The translations under genes were made by a program, and so were the position numbers. DNA of 64,000 nt, taken from the IMG/VR virus record IMGVR_UViG_3300046787_000138, positions 158 to 64,157 of that record; one strand, written 5' to 3'. Every line of letters begins with the position of its first letter. The first letter of the stretch is position 1. The notes below the pieces were generated by a model that searched no databases, had not been told where the DNA came from, and saw nothing but the letters and a program-made list of their open reading frames with translations. Positions 47,521 to 56,106 of this stretch are shown here, piece by piece. The DNA is from a virus. Its lineage: Duplodnaviria > Caudoviricetes.

Positions 47521-47925
47521 TCACCATTTTTTATTTGGTTGCACTGAGGCCGTCAGCAGTTCTTTTTGTGCGAAAGAAACACCGTTCGACACCACTGATG
47601 TAGTCAATGGCCCCGCCACTGTTGCGGTGTACGCATAGCTGTCTAACTTGTCTCCTTCCAACAACTTAGCCATGATTCCGTTGGTGAACTTCTTGCGCTC
47701 CATCTTCACATAAGCGGCAGTAAGTGCTTCAATTTCTTCCGTAGACAGAACATTCATGGCATCCCATGCGGGGCGCTCACCCGATAGTCGTTTCTTGAGC
47801 ATGTCGGCAACGCCTTTGAACTTGCCCCGTGTAATGCGCCCTGTGTTGGGTTCAAAGTCACGGTCTTCAAAGTCCTCGGGGTTGGACTCCATGCGGTCGA
47901 TCAGGATTTTTACGCCTTCATTCAT
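47521..47925 (-). CDS. Hypothetical protein, RMExxPExF paralog 2
   Basis: MNEGVKILIDRMESNPEDF; ATGA overlap. Confidence 0.75.
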   Translation of the reverse strand: MNEGVKILIDRMESNPEDFEDRDFEPNTGRITRGKFKGVADMLKKRLSGERPAWDAMNVLSTEEIEALTAAYVKMERKKFTNGIMAKLLEGDKLDSYAYTATVAGPLTTSVVSNGVSFAQKELLTASVQPNKKW

Positions 47926-48272
47926 ATCTTGCCCCCGTTGATTCGCTTCATCATCTCCATCTGAGATGCGCTGACAATCATCTTCTTTGATTGTTCTGCG
48001 GTGGGTATCGCCCACTTGTAGTGCGATTCTTTTTCTTCCTCTTCCGCTGGCATGATTGTGGCTATCGCCTTATGCGTAATCTCCAAGCGACGAACCTTGG
48101 TCATGCCCGAATGGAGCGCCGCCTTCTCAGGCTCACTCATTACCTCGCGCAAGCTCTCGGCAAAAATCCAACGCCACTTGGTACCAGCGTTCTCGTGCAT
48201 CCCAAAGAACTCTTCGGGGTGTGTCTCCATACGGGCCAAGATGATGCCCACGCCTTCGTTTACTTCACTCAT
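47922..48272 (-). CDS. Hypothetical protein, RMExxPExF paralog 1
   Basis: NEGVGIILARMETHPEEF. Confidence 0.75.
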   Translation of the reverse strand: MSEVNEGVGIILARMETHPEEFFGMHENAGTKWRWIFAESLREVMSEPEKAALHSGMTKVRRLEITHKAIATIMPAEEEEKESHYKWAIPTAEQSKKMIVSASQMEMMKRINGGKI

Positions 48273-48564
48273 TTCCAAACTCCTTTATGTACGCTTCAAA
48301 ATTCTCTAGGTTCGATTCCCGAACCACCCACGCATCGCCTTCGGCTTTCTCAATATCTCGAATGTTCTTCTCTTGCAACGCTGTCGGTATGCCTTTGCCA
48401 GCCTTCGCTTCAACTGCTAAAAACCTGCCTTTGATGCAACACAAGAAGTCAGGGACTCCACTGTTGCCGTACCCCGTGCCCATCGGCATCGCGTAGTACA
48501 CGCCGTGTTCTTTCAGAATCTTCTTTATCTTCTCTTTGACTTTTGCTTCGGGTGTTGACGCCAT
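48265..48564 (-). CDS. VRR-NUC domain nuclease
   Basis: PEAKVK, GVPDF, AVEAKA, PTALQ. Confidence 0.85.
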   Translation of the reverse strand: MASTPEAKVKEKIKKILKEHGVYYAMPMGTGYGNSGVPDFLCCIKGRFLAVEAKAGKGIPTALQEKNIRDIEKAEGDAWVVRESNLENFEAYIKEFGNE

Positions 48565-48899
48565 TACAACCACTCCATGTAAGTATTGCCCTTGTGCTGA
48601 ATGACAGCTAGGCGGTGTGGGGGTTTCGGTGTTTCTGCGTCGTTGTGGCAGTACTCGCACTCGAACTCGATAATCAAACCGTTTCGACGGGAGCTTGGGT
48701 TGCACGTATCGTCCGAGGGGAAATCTGACACCTGTGCTGTTCTGCCGTTTTGCGCTATGACCGTGGTGAACTTGTCGTCTTCGCCACGCTGAAAAATTGT
48801 TACGTTGCCATGGTGCAGGTAGTTATCCCCGCAGTCGGGGCAGTCCAACGCGCCCCCAGCATCTACTTTAATCGCCGCTCTTCCAAAAGTTTTACTCAT
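48564..48899 (-). CDS. Zinc-ribbon hypothetical protein
   Basis: CPDC and CEYC; AAGGAG RBS. Confidence 0.7.
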   Translation of the reverse strand: MSKTFGRAAIKVDAGGALDCPDCGDNYLHHGNVTIFQRGEDDKFTTVIAQNGRTAQVSDFPSDDTCNPSSRRNGLIIEFECEYCHNDAETPKPPHRLAVIQHKGNTYMEWL

Positions 48900-48921
48900 C
48901 GTTTTCTCCTTCGTTGCGTTC

Positions 48922-48949
48922 ACTGTATCACATCATTAGACTTTGTCAA
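48922..48949 (-). promoter_or_regulatory. Sigma70 promoter for replication genes
   Basis: TTGACA-16 bp-TACAGT with TGn; 19-bp palindrome GGGCTAACATTGTTAGCCC at 48952-48970 just upstream. Confidence 0.75.
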
Positions 48950-48982
48950 GAGGGCTAACATTGTTAGCCCCCGTGTTTTTAC

Positions 48983-49570
48983 TTAGACTTGGCCGCGCTC
49001 TTTCAAGATAGCCATACCTGCGTACACGATAGCGCCGAACACTTCTTGCTCAAACGCTTCGCCGTTGCGGGTGCTTGCGGCCTCTTCCAATTTCTTGGTG
49101 GCTTGGCCTGTTGCGAAACCACGACCGTGCATCTTGGTGTAGTGAGCCCAAGGCTGTTCCAAGAATGGAGTACGCGCACCGCCATGGCGTTCGCCTTTAC
49201 CGTGCATGGCTTGCTTGATAGCATCCACGAATACGGCATACAACGGGTGGTCTTCTACTCGGTCGGCTTGCGGCTCGATCATCGTAATGGCTTCTTGCAT
49301 ACGGGTACGGCCTTGGGTCATGTTGAAAGTCAAACGAGCTGTTTGTTCTTCGCTCAGTTTGGTGACGTCATCTTTCGCCATAGTCACGCCAAGGTGTGTA
49401 ACAACTTTCGGTGTCTTCGCGGCTTTGCCCTTGTCGCTGGCGCGGATAGCGTACACATACGCTGGGTTTGTCTTACACGCTTTGGCTACTTTCATAGCAC
49501 TAGCGTCAGGGTTCTTCGCTTGGTACGCACGGACTTGCTCTGCTTTGTTCACTTTTTTAGCTGTTGCCAT
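48983..49570 (-). CDS. Hypothetical protein (HTH-like N-terminus plus helical C-domain)
   Basis: GGAG RBS; AMKVAKAC..NPAYVY; GKGERH...GQATKK. Confidence 0.7.
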   Translation of the reverse strand: MATAKKVNKAEQVRAYQAKNPDASAMKVAKACKTNPAYVYAIRASDKGKAAKTPKVVTHLGVTMAKDDVTKLSEEQTARLTFNMTQGRTRMQEAITMIEPQADRVEDHPLYAVFVDAIKQAMHGKGERHGGARTPFLEQPWAHYTKMHGRGFATGQATKKLEEAASTRNGEAFEQEVFGAIVYAGMAILKERGQV

Positions 49571-49769
49571 TTTCAAATTCTCCAGTTTGGGTTTCTACAT
49601 AATTCACAAGAACTTCTCGGATTTTGGCTTGCTTGTTGGGAAAGGTCTCGAAGTACTCGACTACCTCTCGCGGCAAACGCAAGCTCGTATTAACAAGGGT
49701 CGGCTTCTTGCTGGGACCGCGACCTTGTCGTTTTTTCTCGGGTTTTAAATATTCAATTCCTGTTGTCAT
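49557..49769 (-). CDS. RHH-like DNA-binding protein (BrnA-antitoxin-like)
   Basis: GRGP..KP...TSLRLPREVVEYF...QAKIREVL. Confidence 0.6.
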   Translation of the reverse strand: MTTGIEYLKPEKKRQGRGPSKKPTLVNTSLRLPREVVEYFETFPNKQAKIREVLVNYVETQTGEFENGNS

Positions 49770-50011
49770 AACAGCGCTTCCTCTTCATCAGGGAAAAAAG
49801 TTGTGGTGTGGTTCTTTGGGAACAGCTTTGGATTGAGCCTTGCGAACGGCCACCAAGCGTTCAGCTCGGCCTGAGTCAATCGGCGTGATGGCTGCTCTGA
49901 CTTTGACGACAAAGCAGTCTTCTTTTCCTTGGGACTCAACCCATTCTTTGGCTTCCGTTTTGGTGCGGAACATGACGTAGCCGATGCCTTCGTCGTCTTT
50001 AGTTCTGACAT
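49766..50011 (-). CDS. Hypothetical protein (overlaps 49788-50063)
   Basis: ATGA-coupled to the downstream gene. Confidence 0.5.
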   Translation of the reverse strand: MSELKTTKASATSCSAPKRKPKNGLSPKEKKTALSSKSEQPSRRLTQAELNAWWPFARLNPKLFPKNHTTTFFPDEEEALL

Positions 50012-50063
50012 AGCTACCCCTAATTGTTCTAATCATGTACGCTGATACGTGTACGCTCTGCAT
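49788..50063 (-). CDS. Hypothetical protein (overlaps 49766-50011)
   Basis: TAATG-coupled to the upstream gene with AAGGAG RBS. Confidence 0.5.
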   Translation of the reverse strand: MQSVHVSAYMIRTIRGSYVRTKDDEGIGYVMFRTKTEAKEWVESQGKEDCFVVKVRAAITPIDSGRAERLVAVRKAQSKAVPKEPHHNFFP

Positions 50064-50536
50064 TACGTTTTCTCCTTGATAGGCCGCATCCGTTTGGCGC
50101 GGTACTCTTGGTCAACTATCCCCATAGCCAGCTCCATGTCGCGCACCGTTGTGTTCTGCAACTGCGTGTCGTGAATCTCCATGACTAGGTTCATAGCGTT
50201 AAGCTCGTCGGCCTTCAGTATGAAGCGCCCACTCTCGACACCACGCTTGCCCACAGCATGAAGCGCGTCCAAGCCAGCCTTGATTTCTTCTGACCAATCA
50301 CGGCCAAGCTCAGGGCGTAGCATGGTGTATGCCTCACACATATTGAACGCACCAATCAGTACGTCAATAGTCGCTATCGTTGCATCGCCTCGACGCAACA
50401 AGTCCATCGCGTCATGGTTCTTGATTCGCAAGTCGGCGCTAAGCGCAACGCTTGTAAACGGTTTCATGCCAGCTAGCACCCACGACACTGGGTCAGGGAA
50501 CACACCCTTGGGGCGGTACTTGGAACGCTTTCTCAT
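50063..50536 (-). CDS. Hypothetical phage protein (MRKRSKYRPK)
   Basis: 157-aa ORF in operon. Confidence 0.75.
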   Translation of the reverse strand: MRKRSKYRPKGVFPDPVSWVLAGMKPFTSVALSADLRIKNHDAMDLLRRGDATIATIDVLIGAFNMCEAYTMLRPELGRDWSEEIKAGLDALHAVGKRGVESGRFILKADELNAMNLVMEIHDTQLQNTTVRDMELAMGIVDQEYRAKRMRPIKEKT

Positions 50537-50826
50537 ACACCCATACCCCGCATCGTCATCACCACAGCAATCTGCTCGGCGAGTGGTAGGCCTTCTTCCA
50601 AGATGTAGTACTCGCTCTTCCAGTCAGGGCCATGGTTGTTTCGCTGGTACGACTGCACCTCTAACAGCTTACCGTTCATCACATCCATCACAGCCACGCG
50701 CACCTTGGGTCTCGGCTTGTCCACTGCTTCCTCGGGGCCGGATACCGAAGCGTAAATTTCTTTCTCACGCTGGTTCTTTACCGCAATCTCTTCTTTGAAT
50801 AGCCAATTCTTTAACCACTCTCTCAT
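50533..50826 (-). CDS. Hypothetical protein
   Basis: ATGA overlaps on both sides. Confidence 0.7.
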   Translation of the reverse strand: MREWLKNWLFKEEIAVKNQREKEIYASVSGPEEAVDKPRPKVRVAVMDVMNGKLLEVQSYQRNNHGPDWKSEYYILEEGLPLAEQIAVVMTMRGMGV

Positions 50827-50990
50827 TTCTTTTCTCCTTGTTCACGTTGGATTCGTTCAAACTCGTCGTCTTCTGCCTTGGCATCATCCTGCTTTTGCTT
50901 GGTTCCCCAAATCAAATCGTAGTTACTGCCGTATTTATTTTGGTCTGTTGGGCGTTGGGTATCGCCCTTACCTGCTTCTCTGTTACTCAT
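50823..50990 (-). CDS. Small hypothetical protein (55 aa, GKGD..RP.D..KY..NYD)
   Basis: Manually translated; fills the gap with ATGA overlaps. Confidence 0.65.
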   Translation of the reverse strand: MSNREAGKGDTQRPTDQNKYGSNYDLIWGTKQKQDDAKAEDDEFERIQREQGEKK

Positions 50991-51271
50991 TTCTTTCCTT
51001 TCACACTAACATTGTTAGCACCTGCGGCGCTGAAATAGTTGAAGTCTCTCGGCTTGAGCGCGAGTTCCTTTTTCTTCTGTAAGTCCAACCGTGCTTGCTC
51101 CTTGGAAATCTTTACGGATAGTGACTTAGTCACAGTCTTCAATGGCTTTCGGTTGACCTTCAGCTTTTTCTCCTCACGCACTTCACGGTTAGCCGCATGG
51201 GTGCGAAAGTCTTTCATCAGGTCAGGCATATACGTCTTCACGTAGTCGGGGTGGAACGCGTTCACGGTCAT
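50987..51271 (-). CDS. Hypothetical protein
   Basis: VNAFHPDY start; AAGGA RBS. Confidence 0.7.
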   Translation of the reverse strand: MTVNAFHPDYVKTYMPDLMKDFRTHAANREVREEKKLKVNRKPLKTVTKSLSVKISKEQARLDLQKKKELALKPRDFNYFSAAGANNVSVKGKK

Positions 51272-51374
51272 AGGAGGTCCTTAGAGATGAGTTTGTAAAA
51301 ACCAAACATGAATAGAACAACAATTACAAAAACGACGACACCCTCAAAGTGCGCGTGTAAAAAATCCCAAAACG

Positions 51375-51611
51375 TCATTGCATCGCCCTCAGTTGTGCGA
51401 ACAAGCCCCAAAACTTGGCGGTCTTCGGGTCTTCCTCACCTGCATCCAATGCGTTACACACGCTCTCGGCTTCCTCCACCAATGTCTTCATCACCTCGGC
51501 CACGTTCGCACCTTGCTCAAAGCCCATCTCGTAGGCATTGCCCATTGCCGTGATGGTGTTCTCATCACAGCCCACACTGCGTAGCAGCGTAGTCATATCG
51601 TCTTTTGTCAT
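51375..51611 (-). CDS. Hypothetical protein
   Basis: MTKDDMTTLLRSVG...AYEMG. Confidence 0.7.
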   Translation of the reverse strand: MTKDDMTTLLRSVGCDENTITAMGNAYEMGFEQGANVAEVMKTLVEEAESVCNALDAGEEDPKTAKFWGLFAQLRAMQ

Positions 51612-51743
51612 ATCAATCTTTCAAAAGCCATGTTTCTAAAAATTCGTTCACTGCTAGGTACACAAAGATGATGCCAATAAACATCACGATGCCCACACCC
51701 ATCAGCAAGCAAATCAACCCAATGTTTGCCAAGTCGGAGTCCA

Positions 51744-51950
51744 TCACACCTGCTCCTTACTTACGTCACTCACTCGGTAGAGCAACCCCCACCCAAACGT
51801 CACGGTGCAGATAAAGTAGAACATTCGGTCGTGTCGCTCCCACATGAACGGGTCGGTGTTCGCCCCCACGATTGCCATGAACGGGTACACCAACATTGCC
51901 GCTATCACGAAAGGCGTAGTGCACACCAATATTTCTTTCAGTACTTTCAT
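51744..51950 (-). CDS. Small membrane protein
   Basis: Two hydrophobic segments. Confidence 0.6.
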   Translation of the reverse strand: MKVLKEILVCTTPFVIAAMLVYPFMAIVGANTDPFMWERHDRMFYFICTVTFGWGLLYRVSDVSKEQV

Positions 51951-52129
51951 TTGAATTTCCTCACTAAGTTTTTGTCAGCCCACTCGTCAAACTTCTTGTC
52001 GGTATGGGCAATCTTGCTAGCATCCTTGGGTGGCGGTGGCTTGCGTGGTTTAGGCGCGGCCTTCACTACCTTCGGTTTCTCCACTGGCTTGTTAGGCCAC
52101 GGCGCGTTAGGTGCTAGTACTGTTTTCAC
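51947..52129 (-). CDS. Small basic Pro-rich protein
   Basis: GTG start with GAGGAG RBS; VLAPNAPWP. Confidence 0.55.
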   Translation of the reverse strand: MKTVLAPNAPWPNKPVEKPKVVKAAPKPRKPPPPKDASKIAHTDKKFDEWADKNLVRKFK

Positions 52130-52352
52130 TTTGCTCCTCGTGTTCTTTTTGTAGTCGGCGATATGCCGACACGTTGTTCTTGATAGCTCTCCAGTCACTA
52201 GCACTCTTGGTAATGAACTGGGGTTCAGGGAATTCGGCAAACGTAATCTTGAAGTGTGAGCCACTGCGGGTTTCCAAGGCAATCACATGGAACCCCGCCT
52301 TCTCGTATTCAAGTACCTGCTTGCGTAGGCACTGTGGAATTTTCATTTGCAT
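52107..52352 (-). CDS. HicA-like small protein
   Basis: EKAGF...RSGSHFK...SASDWRAIKN. Confidence 0.5.
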   Translation of the reverse strand: MQMKIPQCLRKQVLEYEKAGFHVIALETRSGSHFKITFAEFPEPQFITKSASDWRAIKNNVSAYRRLQKEHEEQSENSTST

Positions 52353-52461
52353 ATCTCCCCGTTCATCGCGCGTTCGTGCAACTTGTCCCACACATCGGGT
52401 TCACCAGCAAATAAGAAAGCCAACGCCAGTACGAATACGGCGAATACAACATCATCTACTT

Positions 52462-52659
52462 TCATACGACTATCTTTACCAGTATGCCAACGACTAACAA
52501 TGTTAGGGCGTAGAGTACGAAGTCATTCCACGTAGGTGCTGGGCGCTTGTGCCCCTCCCACCATTCACCTAGTCGGTCTTGGGGAAACGCATCATCCAAA
52601 CTGCGTGGGAAGCATCGGGTTGTAGGCCAACCCTCAAATTTAGGATTCGGTTTTTTCAT
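52462..52659 (-). CDS. Hypothetical protein with C-terminal TM
   Basis: PTTRCFPRSLDDAFP. Confidence 0.65.
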   Translation of the reverse strand: MKKPNPKFEGWPTTRCFPRSLDDAFPQDRLGEWWEGHKRPAPTWNDFVLYALTLLVVGILVKIVV

Positions 52660-53464
52660 CTTCAGCCTCCAAAACCAACACAAAAATTTCATCGTTAACT
52701 CGGCAACCTATACCAGTTACCATCGCTTCTTTCTCCACCAGCTTGAGCATACCTAGCTTGCCACGTAGCTCGACGGGTAGAGTCGCATCATCATACAGTT
52801 GTACATTGTCACGTATCTTAACAATATATTTACTGTCTGACAACACAATCAACGCAGTTCTTTGGTTCTGAAACGCCTTAGTAGTTTCCTCAATGGTCAC
52901 CATGTCGGCTTTGACATCGTTTAGCTTCTCCATGTGCTCTAGCACTACTACATTGTTTGTCTGCTTCAGCCACAGTACGTACTGAATAAAGTTGTCTTTA
53001 GCCCATCTATCCAAGCCAGCCTCAATCGGACGCTCATACTCACGCGCCCTAACACGGTTACGATGTGCTTGGTTACCCAATACATCCTCGGCCTTCTTCG
53101 CGGCATCGTGCATACGCTCGGTCAATGACATGACACCAAAGGTCTTCTTCACCTTGAGTACTGCCTTATCTACCTTGTCGGTGTGATATGCGTTCTTGCG
53201 TTCGCTCTGCATTGCGATTCGGTTGTTGCGTACAAACAACTTGTGGCTACTGCCATACCACTCCGAGCCGATGTAGCCCAGCGTCTCGGCACCATGCAGT
53301 ACACGATAAGAACGGAACCCCTCCACCTCGATAGTCCATAGTGGATTCTTGGTCGCTACTTCCCACGCCAATCGCTTGGCATCAATGTGTAACTCCTCCT
53401 CAGCCCTAATCTTTGTGTCCTTACCAAAACGCACGTTGGGCAACTTCAACAATTCAATAGCCAT
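52640..53464 (-). CDS. Hypothetical protein (274 aa)
   Basis: GAGGAG RBS; ends LGMLKLV...GIGCRV. Confidence 0.8.
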   Translation of the reverse strand: MAIELLKLPNVRFGKDTKIRAEEELHIDAKRLAWEVATKNPLWTIEVEGFRSYRVLHGAETLGYIGSEWYGSSHKLFVRNNRIAMQSERKNAYHTDKVDKAVLKVKKTFGVMSLTERMHDAAKKAEDVLGNQAHRNRVRAREYERPIEAGLDRWAKDNFIQYVLWLKQTNNVVVLEHMEKLNDVKADMVTIEETTKAFQNQRTALIVLSDSKYIVKIRDNVQLYDDATLPVELRGKLGMLKLVEKEAMVTGIGCRVNDEIFVLVLEAEDEKTES

Positions 53465-53468
53465 TTCT

Positions 53469-53627
53469 TCACTCCTCTTTCAATAAATCTAACCACATTT
53501 GCACTTCGTTGTGCTTCAGCCATTTCTTCAACACTTTGCCGTCTCTCCAACACCAAATATAGAAACGGTTTTTCTTCCCCCGTTCATGACGTAAGGCGAG
53601 GTAGTCTCCTGCTAGTTTCACCATCAT
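53469..53627 (-). CDS. Small hypothetical protein (52 aa, not in ORF track)
   Basis: AAGGAG RBS; MMVKLAGDYL...WLDLLKEE. Confidence 0.6.
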   Translation of the reverse strand: MMVKLAGDYLALRHERGKKNRFYIWCWRDGKVLKKWLKHNEVQMWLDLLKEE

Positions 53628-53634
53628 TCACTCC

Positions 53635-54489
53635 TTACCATTCAAACTTCTGCAAAATCGCATCGACCTTGTTCTTCATCGTTTCACGAACGTGAGAACT
53701 CTCTTTGATTGTTTCAATGTCAGCACCTAACATTGTTAGCTCTAACTGCTTACGAGCATCCTCCAGCTTGGGGTCGTTCGTAATGTTCATCTTGTCCAGC
53801 AAGCCGCACAAGTCCACAGCATTAGTCACGAGCGAGTCGTGGTAGCGCTTCTTAGACTCCTCGCCATCCTCGTCTTTCAACTTCTCAGACATGGCAGTAA
53901 GTACGGTGTGCAGTCGCTCCCAAGGTGTACGCATAGCCTCGGCCAGTCGCTCGTCGAACTTGGCTTCGTACTGTGCCTTCATCTCATCTAAGTCATGCGC
54001 TGATATGTCCAAGCGAAAGTCACCAGACTCAGGAATGGGGTCAATCGCCATACGGAAACCAAACTTCTCTCTAACATTTGTTAGGTCAGGGTAATCAGTA
54101 GCGCGATACATCGTGCCAAGGTGCGTCTGTGCCTCGCTCACCAACTGTGGATACGCAATAAAGAAGTTGTTGCACATCTGCTTGAACTGCGCCTCGTAGT
54201 TATTCATCGTCTGCTTGTACTCCATGAACAACTTAGTCGGCAACAGTCGCTGGCCCTTGTCAGCCCAAGGCATCGTGTGCTGATTGTGGTAGAGACGGAT
54301 TCGTGCGGCTAATTTTTCTATATCCTTCCTCAATGAGGTTCCCGCAAACAGATTCTTCCGCGTCTGTGACGCATCACGCACCGCTGACGCATTGGTGTTT
54401 ACTGTCTCGGTCATCTCTCGGTCAACCTTGTTGGCTGGCCACACACTTATGTTCAGTTCCACTAGAACCGCGCTTGATGCAATACTCAT
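53635..54489 (-). CDS. DUF3150-like protein
   Basis: AVLVELNISVW, TMPW.D.G.RLLP, DYP....R.KF, NITNDP.L; same arm as AAA and vWA genes. Confidence 0.6.
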   Translation of the reverse strand: MSIASSAVLVELNISVWPANKVDREMTETVNTNASAVRDASQTRKNLFAGTSLRKDIEKLAARIRLYHNQHTMPWADKGQRLLPTKLFMEYKQTMNNYEAQFKQMCNNFFIAYPQLVSEAQTHLGTMYRATDYPDLTNVREKFGFRMAIDPIPESGDFRLDISAHDLDEMKAQYEAKFDERLAEAMRTPWERLHTVLTAMSEKLKDEDGEESKKRYHDSLVTNAVDLCGLLDKMNITNDPKLEDARKQLELTMLGADIETIKESSHVRETMKNKVDAILQKFEW

Positions 54490-54716
54490 TTCACTTCTCC
54501 TTCGTTAGATAAAACCATCGCTTCTGTCATTTCAATATACCCGTGTGTTTTTTCAATCGTGTCGGCTATGTCCTTGTAGTACACCCAGTTCAATAGGCAG
54601 CTCCACGTACCATACTCATACACACCACCCAATTCAAAGTTTCTCATCGCCCCTTCCATATATGAGGCTTGGCTCATCCGTGCCCAGTAGTACCTGCTCA
54701 GTTCATTTAACGTCAT
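54486..54716 (-). CDS. Hypothetical protein
   Basis: In operon, overlaps neighbours. Confidence 0.6.
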   Translation of the reverse strand: MTLNELSRYYWARMSQASYMEGAMRNFELGGVYEYGTWSCLLNWVYYKDIADTIEKTHGYIEMTEAMVLSNEGEVK

Positions 54717-55170
54717 CGGCTTTCCCTTTCATATCTAACATCTTCAACTGTCGTGCAAGACTGCACACTTCCTCTTTCACCCACGCGAACGTGCGGTAGG
54801 TATCTCTCATGTGGTGGCTAATGTCCGTATCGGTGTACTGAAGCATCGTCGCCACCATCTTCGGGCTAAAGTCCCCTGCGTGTGAGCAGTCGAACCCAAC
54901 CACCCACTCATCCGTCTCTTTGTCTTTCTCCGAGTACGTCAGGCCACCATGCACCTCAATGCTCCTGTCGTTAAGCCAGTCGTAGTTAAACCCATACGCT
55001 GTGTGTCCTCTCGGTATAGCCACGTACCCGTTCAGGTGTCCGAGCGTAGGGTGTCGCCACACTGTGCACTTGTACCCTGTCAGTTCGTGTGTCCACTCCT
55101 CTATGTCGGGCTCTTTCTCCCAAGGTCTGTCGCTTATCAGCAACTTCATCTTCTGTTCTGCATCTAACAT
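54703..55170 (-). CDS. Phage protein with His/Cys motifs
   Basis: GHLNGYV, VHGGLTY, GFDCSH; start codon lies within a palindrome copy. Confidence 0.75.
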   Translation of the reverse strand: MLDAEQKMKLLISDRPWEKEPDIEEWTHELTGYKCTVWRHPTLGHLNGYVAIPRGHTAYGFNYDWLNDRSIEVHGGLTYSEKDKETDEWVVGFDCSHAGDFSPKMVATMLQYTDTDISHHMRDTYRTFAWVKEEVCSLARQLKMLDMKGKADDVK

Positions 55171-55172
55171 TG

Positions 55173-55412
55173 TTAGTCTCCATCCTTTGCGTTAGTCCAT
55201 AACATCTTTGCCATAGCCGTAGCTGTGTCTTCGTCGTTGTAGATACCCATTGGTTGCTTCTCTCCTTTCAATCCAATGGCGTACTTGTGCGAGTCCATGA
55301 CGAAGTCGCGTTGCCACTTCACCCAAAACCCAATATGGTTAAGTTGTAGGTCAATGTTTCTCCACTTCACCTCGTGCTCGTGTTCGTACTTCGGTAGTTG
55401 TTGTGCCGCCAT
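55173..55412 (-). CDS. Small early protein
   Basis: GGAGGAG RBS; TAATG coupling. Confidence 0.65.
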   Translation of the reverse strand: MAAQQLPKYEHEHEVKWRNIDLQLNHIGFWVKWQRDFVMDSHKYAIGLKGEKQPMGIYNDEDTATAMAKMLWTNAKDGD

Positions 55413-55636
55413 TACTCCTCCTTCAGTAGTTTCATGTACGCCTTCATCTCTTTCTCGTTCAACCCCCACGCCACGCGCATCCCATCCTTGCTGTAGATAG
55501 TCCACTTCCCATACTTGCGCTTGGAGTAGTAGTCGGGGCGTCGATACTTGAGCCACTCCTCGTGGAATACAGCGTCAATCGTCTGGCGCAACGCCTTCGC
55601 CATGTCCTCTTTCACTAAGTCTGCTAACGTACTCAT
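55412..55636 (-). CDS. Small early protein
   Basis: GAGGA RBS; ends YMKLLKEE. Confidence 0.7.
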   Translation of the reverse strand: MSTLADLVKEDMAKALRQTIDAVFHEEWLKYRRPDYYSKRKYGKWTIYSKDGMRVAWGLNEKEMKAYMKLLKEE

Positions 55637-55637
55637 A

Positions 55638-55862
55638 TCAATCCTCGGGCTTTCCCGCCAGCTTGTACATGGCGTAGGTGTCATCGGTAATCATCCGCAT
55701 CTGTGCGTTGTCCTCCATCGAAAAGATATGGTGCGTCGCGCCCTCTGCTCCGTTGTACTTGCATCGGTACTTCTCTGCCTTCTCAAATATCTTGGCCACA
55801 GTTATCGCGTCCTCGATAGGCATCACCAAATCCCCGTAGGGCAACGTAATAATCATCGGCAT
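55638..55862 (-). CDS. Small early protein
   Basis: GGAGGA RBS; ends YKLAGKPED. Confidence 0.7.
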   Translation of the reverse strand: MPMIITLPYGDLVMPIEDAITVAKIFEKAEKYRCKYNGAEGATHHIFSMEDNAQMRMITDDTYAMYKLAGKPED

Positions 55863-55863
55863 A

Positions 55864-56106
55864 TCAATCCTCCTTCAACAATTCAAATATCTTCAACGTA
55901 CCCTTCAGCCCGTCTTTCGTTAGGAACGGATACACATCATCATGCGCATCGGCGATATACCCGTTGGCTCCTCTCGTGTCCAAGAAGACTATGTATAGGT
56001 TGTACCTCCACGGCATCCACCACACTCGGCTAACGTGCCACGCATACGCACCCGATGGATGGTCTGAGTTCACCATGTACATCTCATGGCAACGAATCTT
56101 GGCCAT
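55864..56106 (-). CDS. Small early protein
   Basis: TAATG coupling to vWA gene. Confidence 0.65.
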   Translation of the reverse strand: MAKIRCHEMYMVNSDHPSGAYAWHVSRVWWMPWRYNLYIVFLDTRGANGYIADAHDDVYPFLTKDGLKGTLKIFELLKED

